Shown: positions 11,750-21,300 of the stretch, piece by piece | Layout of the letters: the number at the start of each line of letters is the position of its first letter | How positions within the stretch are numbered: the stretch's first letter is position 1 | Assembly (NCBI RefSeq): GCF_001272835.1 | Contig: NZ_CP010546.1 | Location: 120,001-152,000 of the forward strand | Reading direction: 5' to 3' | Source: Mycoplasmoides pneumoniae FH | GTDB taxonomy: Bacteria; Bacillota_I; Bacilli_A; Mycoplasmatales; Mycoplasmoidaceae | DNA length: 32,000 nucleotides | Notes under the pieces: generated by a model | What the model was told of the DNA's origin: nothing | Databases searched by the model: none | The model's input: only the letters and a program-made list of their open reading frames with translations | Made by a program: the position numbers and the translations under genes

Positions 11750-13535
11750 ACCTCACCCCCTACACGCCCTTTACGACACCGCTCAATGGGGGGCTGGATG
11801 TCGTGCGGGCCGCCCATTTACACCCCTCATACGAACTCGTGGACTGAAAGCGGGTGGGACAGAACAAGTTGGTGGCGCTGGTCCGCTCAGCGTTGGTCAG
11901 GGTGAGGCTTAATGATGGGACGAGTTCGGATTCCAATACCACCACTGATGGGGCGCTTACGTTTGACACGAATGAAAGTCAAAAAGCTTTAGGCTCCACG
12001 GACACGCAGGGTTCCGGGTCTAACTCCCAAGACTTCGCCAGCTACATCCTCATCTTTAAAGCCGCGCCCAGGGCCACGTGGGTGTTTGAACGGAAGATTA
12101 AGTTGGCGTTGCCCTACGTTAAAAACGAATCGGGAGCAGGGGACTCCACCACAACTAACAGTGGCTCCCTCTACAAAACCCTCCAAGACCTCCTCGTCGA
12201 ACAACCCGTGACCCCTTACACGCCCAATGCGGGGTTAGCCCGGGTGAATGGGGTTGCTCAGGACAAGGTGCATGGGTTGGAGTCTGGGTGAGACAACCAA
12301 CGTTCCCAAAAAAACCTCACCAACAACCCCGGACCCAAAGCCGTCACCGGCTTTAAGCTCGATAAGGGCCGCGCGTACCGGAAGCTAAATGAAGCTTGAC
12401 CGGTGTATGAACCCCTGGATTCGACCAAGGAGGGGAAGGGGAAGGATGAGAGCTCTTGGAAAAATTCGGAAAAAACAACGGCGGAAAATGATGCCCCGTT
12501 GGTGGGATCAACCGGGAGTCAAATGGCTTCTAGTACCAGTTTGGGCAATGTTGGGGACACCACTGCCCTAACTCCACTTTTAAGAGGTGCTACTACTACT
12601 ACTACCGTCCAGCTAAAACAAACAGATTCTAACAGTCAAGATCAACAAAAATTCCAAAAATATTTAAACACCGCCCAGGCCCTGCACCAGATGGGGGTGA
12701 TAGTGCCAGAACTTAGCCAAGGCGGTTGGCAAAGCCAAACAGCGCGGCACAGTTCCACCCGGGGACTACAGTCAGCCGGGGCCAATCGTGGCGCTAGTTT
12801 AGCGGCACGCACCACCACAACTGTGGGGGTGGGTAGAAGAGATTCCACTTCCACCACCTTGGAACTACCAAACGTCATCACCCAGCTTTATCATACCTCC
12901 ACGTCCCAACTCGCTTACTTAAATGGCCAGATCGTTGTGATGGGTTCAAACGCGGTACCGAGTTTGTGGTATTGGGTCGTGGATGAGCGAACCACGTCCG
13001 GGAGGGCGACTTGATGAGCGAAGACACATTTGAACTTCGGCACTGAAGTTCAAAAAAACTTCGTCGAAAACCAGTTGGGGTTTAAATCCGAAGACAACTC
13101 CAACACCTCCTTGACGAACTTCAAGAGTCAAGGCTTAACTCAGCCAGCTTACTTAATCAGTGGCCTTGACGTTGTGGCCGACCACCTCGTCTTTGCGGCC
13201 TTTAAAGCGGGCGCGGTGGGGTATGATATGACGACTGATTCGAACGCTTCGACCTACAACCAAGCGCTCACCTGGTCGACCACGGCCGGGTTGGACAGTG
13301 ATGGGGGGTACAACAACCTGGTGACGAATACTGCGGGGTTAAACGGTCCGATTAACGGCTTGTTTACCCTGTTAGACACCTTTGCCTATGTGACCCCGGT
13401 GAGTGGGATGAAAGGGGGGAGTAAGAATAACGAAGAAGTGCAAACGACCTACCCGGTCAAGTCCGACCAAAAGGCCACCGCCAAAATTGCGTCCTTAATT
13501 AATGCTTCGCCCTTAAACAGTTATGGGGATAATGG
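11750..13535 (+). repeat. RepMP5 copy (silent paralogue of the P40/P90 ORF6 gene); uninterrupted ORF once UGA is read as Trp
   Basis: Frame 1 is open from 11731 to TAG 13627-13629. Translation LTPYTPFTTPLNGGLDVVRAAHLHPSYELVDWKRVG...AWPVYEPLDSTKEGKGKDESSWKNSEKTTAENDAPLVG...LDVVADHLVFAAFKAGAVGYDMTTD...ASPLNSYGD is colinear with the remembered Mgp-operon protein 3 (P40/P90). No ATG start. Confidence 0.9.
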
Positions 13536-13537
13536 CG

Positions 13538-13727
13538 ATAAAAAAGCCATCCACCTAAGGTGAAAGGCAGACAGCTCCAAAATATTTTTGACTATTGGAA
13601 AACTAACAAAAGCTGTTAGTTTGATGTAGAGGCAAAACTATGAATTTACTAAATTTATTTAAATCAGCGGGAGCAGGCTCGTTTTTTCAACACAAGTCAC
13701 TCTACCTGCTCCCACTAAATAAATTGA
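13538..13727 (+). repeat. Structured dispersed repeat, copy 2
   Basis: Nearly identical to 15390-15580, with only a handful of mismatches. Contains hairpins aaactaaca/tgttagttt and gggagcagg(c)/(a)cctgctccc. Fused directly to the end of RepMP5. Confidence 0.85.
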
Positions 13728-14095
13728 GACAGATTTTCAAAGTAGCCAAAGAGTTTGAATATTTTTGCAATTTGGGTTTACAACTCCATCTAACTATTAG
13801 TAGGGTTTTCACTTTTGAAAATTTTTTTGGATTAATTTTGGCACCCCGCCTTTTTTAAAGGCATTTAAGAGATATAAAAGAACAACTCATGTTTCTAGAT
13901 ACTTTCAAAAGATTTTTCGGGTAACTTAGATCACCTTTAATGTTGTTGTGGTTGGAGTTGATTTGGTTTAAATGGCAAAGGTTATGGTAAAGGTTTTTGG
14001 CACCTTTCTTTTACTTGTGCAATTCATTTATTAGAAGGGCAACAAATGGTCTTTTTGAACTAATCAGTTGTTGCCTAGCTTTATTTATTTAAAAA

Positions 14096-14671
14096 ATGAT
14101 GAGTAAAAATAAATTCTTTACCATTACTAAAGAACAGTACAGGAAGTTTACACGCAATAAAATTGAACTTCTTTTTAAGGTCCAATGTACCGAAAAGAAA
14201 AAGGGTAAACGTAGGTTCAAAATATTTCAGCAAGTCGAGGATAAACCAAAACCACCAGTTAAAATAATTGAAAAGGAATCTAAGGGACCGGAAGAACCAA
14301 AGGATCCTGGTATTAAAAATGGACCTAAGGGTCCCGGTGGACCAAAAGGACCTAAAAAGCCACCTGTTCCCGATGATCCTGATACACCAGATGTTCCTAA
14401 AGGCCCCAAAGAACCAGGCGGTTCAAAAGGTCCAGGTGGTCCCGATGATCCTAATGGAGGAAAGAAGAAAGTGCCTAAACCAGATAAGTATGTAACCCAT
14501 CGCGAGCTTGATGAGAAACTTACTGAGTTTCATGACAAGCTTATGGTAGAACTTGATGGTAAGTTTGCTACTAAAGCTGATTTAAAACGGGTTGAAGATA
14601 AAGTTGATGTTTTGTTTGAATTGCAAAAAACGCAAGATGAACAAATCAAGGTTCAAGGAAAACAAATCTAA
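14096..14671 (+). CDS. DUF16-related protein with a Pro/Gly/Lys-rich insert, truncated by an in-frame TAA (191 aa)
   Basis: Track ORF 14096-14671. The C-terminal part [18 protein letters not shown]...[17 protein letters not shown] aligns with the DUF16 coiled coil. The central segment is [59 protein letters not shown]. Confidence 0.75.
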   Translation: MMSKNKFFTITKEQYRKFTRNKIELLFKVQCTEKKKGKRRFKIFQQVEDKPKPPVKIIEKESKGPEEPKDPGIKNGPKGPGGPKGPKKPPVPDDPDTPDVPKGPKEPGGSKGPGGPDDPNGGKKKVPKPDKYVTHRELDEKLTEFHDKLMVELDGKFATKADLKRVEDKVDVLFELQKTQDEQIKVQGKQI

Positions 14672-14857
14672 CAGTTAACTGAAACTGTTCAAAAACAGGG
14701 CGAACAAATAAAGGAACTTCAAGTTCAGGTAAAAGCCCAAGGTGAAGAAATAAAAGAAATTAAAGTTGAACAAAAAGCTCAAGGCCAAACCTTGCAGTTA
14801 ATTCTGAAAGCACTTGAAGGAATAAACAAGCGACTAGATAATTTGGAATCGAAATAA
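14672..14857 (+). pseudogene. In-frame DUF16 C-terminal tail stranded after the TAA
   Basis: In the same frame after TAA 14669-14671: [61 protein letters not shown]. This parallels the C-terminus of the 9426 gene ([22 protein letters not shown]...[15 protein letters not shown]). Confidence 0.7.
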
Positions 14858-14874
14858 TCCCATTCCAAAATAAA

Positions 14875-14918
14875 AATACCAACAGTCAATCCTTAAAAAG
14901 TTCACTGTTGGTATTTTT
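14875..14918 (+). terminator. Rho-independent terminator
   Basis: 12-bp stem aataccaacagt/actgttggtatt followed by ttt. Confidence 0.8.
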
Positions 14919-14978
14919 ATTCACTCAAAAAATTCTTAAAATTTTTTTGTAATTTGTCGTCACTTCGAAATAACTGAA

Positions 14979-14994
14979 TCAATTTATTTAGTGG
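14979..14994 (-). repeat. Inverted copy of the motif CCACTAAATAAATTGA (left boundary of cassette 2)
   Basis: tcaatttatttagtgg is a perfect 16-nt reverse complement of 15565-15580. Confidence 0.7.
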
Positions 14995-15053
14995 AGGAGT
15001 AATTATGAGTAACTTTGAATTTTGATTAATCCTTCAGAAAGGAGGATTTGATT

Positions 15054-15320
15054 ATGAAAGATGAAACAAATATTTGTTCTCAATCTTTAAAAAGACCTTT
15101 AAGCGAAGACCAATTGATAGAGTATTTGAGTACTTATGAAATAACTTTATTTGAGGTTTATGCTGAGGATATGCTAGATGGCAATTGCAAAATTTATATA
15201 CATGCTAAAGGACGTCCAAAAGACCCAGATTGAAAAAGAAAGACTGATAAAAAATCTTTAGAAATTGAACGATATGTAAAGAAATTTATTAAGTTTTTAA
15301 AGAGAGAACAGAAAAAATAA
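15054..15320 (+). CDS. Hypothetical small basic protein, 88 aa
   Basis: Strong SD gaaaggagga lies 8 nt upstream of the ATG. Track ORF 15048-15233 extends through one UGA to TAA 15318-15320 and is followed by a terminator. The leader and start (aaaggagg..tatgaaaga) are homologous to those of the DUF16 gene at 9426. I recognise no family. Confidence 0.55.
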
Positions 15321-15326
15321 AAACAA

Positions 15327-15370
15327 AATACCAACAGTTAATTCTTAAAAAACGCGCTGTTGGTATTTTT
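15327..15370 (+). terminator. Rho-independent terminator
   Basis: 11-bp stem aataccaacag/ctgttggtatt followed by ttt. Confidence 0.8.
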
Positions 15371-15389
15371 ATTCAACGCAAATAAAGGA

Positions 15390-15580
15390 ATAAAAAAGCC
15401 ATCTACCCAGAGGTGAAAGGCAGACAGCTCCAAAATATTTTTGACGATTGGAAAACTAACAAAAGCTGTTAGTTTGATGTAGAGGCAAAACTATGAATTT
15501 ACTAAATTTATTTAAATCAGCGGGAGCAGGCTCGTTTTTTCAACACAAGTCACTCTGCCTGCTCCCACTAAATAAATTGA
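15390..15580 (+). repeat. Structured dispersed repeat, copy 3 (110 nt upstream of pheS)
   Basis: Near-identical to 13538-13727. Perfect 10-bp GC-rich stem gggagcaggc/gcctgctccc. Ends in ccactaaataaattga. Confidence 0.85.
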
Positions 15581-15690
15581 CAGGGTTTTATAAAAAAGCC
15601 AAAAGCTTTTAAAGTAACTATTTATTTGCAAATTAGTGCAAATATTCGTGTGCTATTTAAATTAACTATAGCACAATTAATAACAGTTGC

Positions 15691-16716
15691 ATGATTGATC
15701 AAAGTAAGTTAATTGAAAGGTGAAAAACTACCTTTGAAACAGCACAAAATCCTACTGAATTATTAGCTTTTAAAAACAGCTTCCGCAATGCTGATTTAAA
15801 GCCTTTACTTAGTCAAATTAAGGAAACCACGGACATCGAAACTAAGCGCCATTTAGGCCAACTTTACAAGCAATTGGAAAGCACCTTGCAAACACTCCAT
15901 GATACACAGCTACAAGTCTTTACCCAAGCCCAGTCTAGCAGTGTATTAACTCATGGTGATGTGATGTTGCTAGCAACCTCTTTTGCCCCTGGTTCTAGCA
16001 ACATTATTTACCAGGTAATTGATGAGTTAGTGAACTATTTTAAGAAGTTCTTGTTTACGGTTAACTATGACAGTGAATTGACTACTATTGCAGACTGTTT
16101 TGACCTGCTAAACATTCCCAAAGACCATCCTAGTCGTAACCTTACTGACACCTTTTACTTAGACAAAAACCGCTTACTGAGAACACATTGTACTGCTGCT
16201 ACTTTACGTGCTGTTAAGGAAACGAAAAAGAGTAATAACCCCGATATTCGGATTGCTTCCTTTGGTGCTGTTTTTCGTAAAGATGATGACGATGCCACCC
16301 ACTCACACCAGTTCAACCAACTGGACTTCATGTGGATTAAAAAGGATTTTTCTTTAACTAACCTCAAGTGGTTTATGCAGAATATGATTAACCACATCTT
16401 TGGCGAAAATACTTCAGCGCGTTTTCGTCTGTCCCACTTCCCTTTTACCGAACCTTCCTTTGAAATTGACATCCGTTGCTGGTTGTGTCAGAATGGTTGT
16501 GGTGTATGTAAGAAAACACGTTGGATTGAGGTATTAGGGGCGGGTATCCTCCACCCTCAAGTGATGGCTAACATGGGCTTTAGTGACACGGATAATATAA
16601 GGGGTATAGCAGCTGGCATTGGGATTGAGCGGTTGGTAATGTTGAAACACGGCATTAGTGACATCCGTGACCTTTACGACAATAACTTCAAATTTTTAGC
16701 CCAGTTTACTGATTAG
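15691..16716 (+). CDS. pheS: Phenylalanine--tRNA ligase alpha subunit, 341 aa
   Basis: Class II aaRS motifs: DHPSR, FRKDDDDATHSHQFNQLD, FPFTEPSFEID, WIEVLGAGILHPQV, GIGIERLVMLKHGISDIRDLY. ATG 15691 joins track ORF 15874-16716 through one UGA. Confidence 0.95.
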
Positions 16717-16718
16717 CG

Positions 16719-19136
16719 ATGTTAATTTCTAAAAAAACTTTAGCTGTTTTAATTCCCGAAATTACCCACGTTTCCAACAATGAAATTTGTGAAAAGTTAC
16801 AGCAAATCGGGATTGAAGTGGAAGCAATTCGCGCCTTTAAAAACCCTGATTACTTACAGTTGGGTATTCTCCGCGCTGTTACCCCCCACCCCCATGACAA
16901 CCACTTGTATGTGTGTCAAGTTCAAATAGACAAAAACAAACAGCTCAATGTGGTGACTGGGGCAGTTAACATAGTTGATCCCAATAATCTCAATAAACAC
17001 GTGATTGTCGCCAAAAAAGGGGCAGAACTGCTCAATGGTTTAATCATTAAAACGAAGAACATTAAGGGAATTATCTCGGACGGGATGTTGTGTAGTTATG
17101 TTGATATTAATCCGTTTAGTAAGCATTTAATTGCTGACGGTGATGACACGCATGCGATTGTGCTAGACAACATTAACCGCGATGAATTTGGTGATTATTT
17201 AAGTTTTTTAAACCTCGATGACGTGGTGTTTGAGGTTACTTTACCTACCAACCGTTCTGATTTACAGAGCTTAATCTTCCTCGCTAAGGAACTAGCAGCA
17301 GTGTTGAAACGTCCGATCTTCTTGGAACAGAAAACCACCATGACCCTGCGCGAGTTCTACCGCTTTCCGCTTAACTTAAGAAACCGTGCTCAGGCCAATT
17401 TCTTTGGTGGACTTTTTTTGCGTGATGTAGCAATTACCAGTTCCCCTTGAACTACTAAGGGTTTGTTAATTAACCAGGAGTTACGTCCAGTCAACTGCTT
17501 TGTGGACCAGGCTAATATGGTAACTGTTTACACTGGTCAACCAATCCACTGCCATGATGCTGACAAGATCCATGGAAGTGTGGAACTTAAACTAGCCACC
17601 CAATTGGAAACGATGTTGGCCTTAGACAACAAGGAGTATGAGATTAAACCGGGTGATCTAGTGGTAGCTGATGAACAGGGCACAATTGCCATAGTCGGTA
17701 TTATTGGTAGTAAGCGCACTATGGTCGACAATACGACCAACAACATCTTTTTTGAAGTTGTTAACTATAACCATGAGCGAATTAAGCAAACCGCTCAGCG
17801 TTTAGGAGTTGCTAACTTTGCTAGTAGGTTAATGAGTAAACCAATTAGTTTACAAGCTACCGAAAACTGCTTGAACTATTTGCAAAATAACTTCCTCAAT
17901 CCCGAAAGCATTGGCAAGATTAGTAAGTTTTCCAGCACCATTAAAGCCCCAGCTTTTAACCGCAAAATTTACCTCAACTTTAATCAGTTACGGGAGTTAA
18001 TTGGAGTGACTAAAAAGCAGTTAAATGACTACATGATCCGTAACTACCTTACTAGTTTAGGGTTCAAAATGGAAAACCAAATTGCCCGCGCCCCCGCTTA
18101 CCGGCAAGACATTACGGTTTGACAAGACATTAGTGAAGAGTTGTTAAAGATCTTGGACCTCAACAAGATTAAAGAGGATGAAATTTTAAGCACCACTAAA
18201 CTAGAGAAACACGAAAAACTCAATGCTTACGATGCGTTGCAAAAGCTACGCACTAAACTGCAAACCTTGGGCTTTCACAATGTGATTACTTACCAGTTAA
18301 TTTCACCAGAACGAGCGCGTAACTTTAACCTGTTTGGGTTGAGTAATTTGTGGGAAATTAAAAACCCGCTTTCCAACGAACGGAGTGTTTTACGGGTTGG
18401 TTTAATTGACTCCTTGTTGCGAGTAATCCAAAAGAATGCCGCATACAAAAATAAGTTAGGCAACATCTTTGAGTTTTCTTTTGTCAAAACTAAGGACAGT
18501 AACCAACTCCACATTGCTGCTCTTTGATTGGAAAAAATGTTTGGTTCTACCTACCAAAAGGATCAAGGCGTTAGTGTCGATATTCCCGCCATGAAGGGCT
18601 TAGCGCAGTTAATTATTTCCAACTTTGGTTTTAACTGCGACTTTGAACCAATTACTGAAGGTGAGTACTTCACTAAGAACGTCGGTTTAAAACTAGTGGT
18701 GTTTAACGAACAGATTGGTTATGTTGGTTTAATTAAGGATGAGCTGTTGGCGCCTTATGATTTAAAGGGTAGACCGGTGTATGGTTTGGAAATTAACCTA
18801 GACCGCTTGTTGAACTCCTTAAACCGGTTGGAGCGCAGTTATACCCCGATTAGCAAACTACAAGATGTCTTTAAGGATATTACCTTTAGCTTCCCCCGTG
18901 ATGAAAGTCACTTTGAAACGTTTGTGAAAGCGATTAAAAAACTACAAACGATTTTTAAATGGGAATTGATCTCGGTGTTTGACACCGAAAAGGATGGTGT
19001 ACCAATCACCAAATATACAGTGCGCTATTACTTAAAGAATTTCACTAATACACCATTAACGTTAGAACAAATTAAAGCAGTGGAAACGCAGTTAAAACAA
19101 CAGTGTGAACTAGCTAAAATAGCACTCGATCTTTAG
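16719..19136 (+). CDS. pheT: Phenylalanine--tRNA ligase beta subunit, 805 aa
   Basis: Four frame-3 track ORFs (16719, 17463, 18141, 18528) join through three UGA codons. The start is 2 nt after the pheS stop. Typical N-terminus MLISKKTL..., tRNA-binding and B3/4-like regions. Confidence 0.9.
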
Positions 19137-19248
19137 AAAACGTACTTTTTAAAAGATTTCGTTAGGTCTGTTCGGTTTTCGGTGTCTTCTTTTATTAAAC
19201 TGATTCGGTTTCTATTTTTAAAGTAATAGAAATAAAGCTAGCCAAACA

Positions 19249-20003
19249 ATGACAAACCAAAACCTACAAGACTTTCTGGACGGAGTTTTGTTAAAAGAGG
19301 AAAATTTAAACAAAATTACTGAAGTTTCCCTAGAAAAGGGATTACCGCACCTTTTAGATGAGGGTATCCATAACGAAGATAACTTTCAGATCTTTACGAG
19401 CCAAAAGATTGTGGCAGACATGATCAAAATGGTCGGTGTAAAGGAAATGAAAAATGTCCACACTACTGTTTTAGAACCAACTAGTGGTGATGGTGCTTTT
19501 ACTTGTGCTATTTTGGATTTACGTTTAAAAAACATTAAAAAATCAGACAGCTTTTAAAAGAAGCTTTAACCGGTCTATCCACCATTTATTCAGTTGAAAT
19601 TGACGAAGAGTTGGTTTGGTTACAACGCAATAACCTTTACTCTATCTTTTTAGCCTTCTTAAAAAAGCACGGTATTTTTAACGAAGAGTTAAGTCTCTTA
19701 GTGAAAAAAATCTTGATGATTAATGTGAGTTGGGGCGAGTTAATCACAGAAACCAAAGATAACGAGAACTTCGTTTGTAACTACGATTATTTTTTAAGGA
19801 ATAAAAAGACAAAGAAAAAACCCGCAAAGCATAAACATGAATTTCCAGAGGGTTTATTTTCCAATGGAGAAGGTAAGTGCAAAAGTTTGTTTGTTAATTG
19901 GTCATTTGCTGATGTCATTAATGAAATTGCTCATAATTCCAATTTTGACTTTGCCAAAATAGCAAAGATACCTGGTGAAATAATTCAATTTCAAATTAAT
20001 TAG
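19249..20003 (+). pseudogene. Small methyltransferase-like gene (SAM-binding motifs I/II, no clear NPPY) split by a -1 lesion in an A6 tract
   Basis: Frame 1 ORF 19249-19557 encodes [13 protein letters not shown]...[11 protein letters not shown]. Frame 3 is open from 19539 and encodes [25 protein letters not shown]... to TAG 20001-20003. One extra A in aaaaaa (19537-19542) would fuse them into ~251 aa. Confidence 0.6.
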
Positions 20004-21254
20004 TATGAGTCAAAATGGCGATAAAGACCACGAATTGATTCAGGGAAAGGTCAAAAGCAAAACTGAAATAGAAGATTCCGTTATATTGGATCAAGACACT
20101 TTGCAAGGCAAGGGTGAAGAAAAAACTAAATTAGATGAGTTGATTAGGTGAGAAGCCGAGAAAAACGACTTGCTCAAGTTAATTGATAACGTCGGTAATG
20201 ATGAAGTTTTTACTACTGTAGAAACTTGTCAAAGAATGCTTGACGATCTCTTTCCTCAAGACCATGAAGTTTGATCGAATCCGGACTTAAAGTGATTAAA
20301 TCCTTGTGATAAAAATGGTGTTTTCTTTCGTGAAATTGCGTTAAGGCTAGACAAAGGCTTGGCCAAAGTTATACCGGATGAATATGAACGCAAGAAACAC
20401 ATCATGACCAAGATGCTTTTTAGTATTGACTTAACTAAATTTACTAGCTTGATGGTTCGTCGTACGCTTTACTATTGCATTAAAGCTAACAAGCGTAAAA
20501 CTAGTGAAGATGAGGGCTGTGCAATTGCAAATGGCGCATGATTTAATAACGAATGCGGTAATGTTGTTAAACCTTACAAGGAACATTATTTCGACAAACA
20601 AGGAAAAAATAAAAAATGTAAGTTTTGTAGAACAGATGAGAAATTTAAATACCAACAATCTTCTTCAAATGAAAAATACGCCTATGACTTCATTCATTTA
20701 AATCCAAACGAATATGAAAGCTACTTTAAAACTAATTTTGGTGTTATGAAATTTGATGTAATTATTGGTAATCCACCTTATCAGTTAGCAAATAATCGTG
20801 GTGGTGATGCTGGTGATGGTAATGGAGCAAACCCCATTTTTCAAGAATTTATCTTAAGAGCACTTGAATTACAACCAAAATATTTAGCAATGATTGTTCC
20901 TGCAAGATGAATTAATTCCTCTGAAAAAGTTTTTCTAAAGTTCAGAGCAAAATTACAAAAATCAAATGGTTTTAAAGGAATTAATATTTTCTTTGACTCT
21001 AAACATTGCTTTCCAAACAGACAAATAAAAGGTGGTGTTTGTTACTTTAATTGACAGAATGGCTATGAGGGTCAAACACTCATAACCACTAAATCTTCAA
21101 AAAAAGGCAAACAAGAAGAAATTGAAACTTATAAGAGGGACTTTTTTGCACCTGTTTTAAACAATACTGAGCAAGTTATTTTCCGCAAAAAATTTAACAC
21201 GACATTTATAAAAAGGTAGATTCTTTTCACGCTAATGAATTAATCCATGCTCTC

Positions 21255-21268
21255 AGAGAGAGAGAGAG
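21255..21268 (+). repeat. (AG)7 dinucleotide tract followed by gcaacttagaag
   Basis: Read directly. It is the first of two repeat modules in copy A. Confidence 0.95.
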
Positions 21269-21300
21269 CAACTTAGAAGATCAGCCTTCTAATGGAATAA

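Noticed and set aside
7332-13131. Many long alternative-frame and antisense ORFs in the RepMP blocks (e.g. 7332-7772, 7558-7860, 8778-9065, 10478-10741, 11202-11678, 11989-12204, 12642-12881)
   Set aside because: GC-rich sequence is depleted of stop codons in all frames. Only the frames colinear with P1 and P40/P90 give recognisable protein sequence.
13640-13858. 72-aa ORF starting inside repeat copy 2 (and its 39-codon counterpart in copy 3)
   Set aside because: The reading frame is not conserved in copy 1 and ends differently in copy 3. The region is better explained by conserved hairpins.
14320-14345. Collagen-like G-X-Y repeat ([12 protein letters not shown]) in the DUF16 paralogue
   Set aside because: Only four consecutive triplets, which is too short for a collagen helix. 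It is better described as a Pro/Gly-rich low-complexity insert.
15005-15208. ORF with a good SD (ggaggag) at 15005 that overlaps the 88-aa gene in another frame
   Set aside because: It needs five UGA codons in 67 residues and gives an implausible Trp-rich product. Its SD is really part of the inverted 16-nt motif.
15581-15690. T-box or other riboswitch leader upstream of pheS
   Set aside because: I found only an 8-bp hairpin (tgtgctat/atagcaca, 15649-15675). I could not find a specifier loop, a T-box consensus, or a terminator/antiterminator pair.
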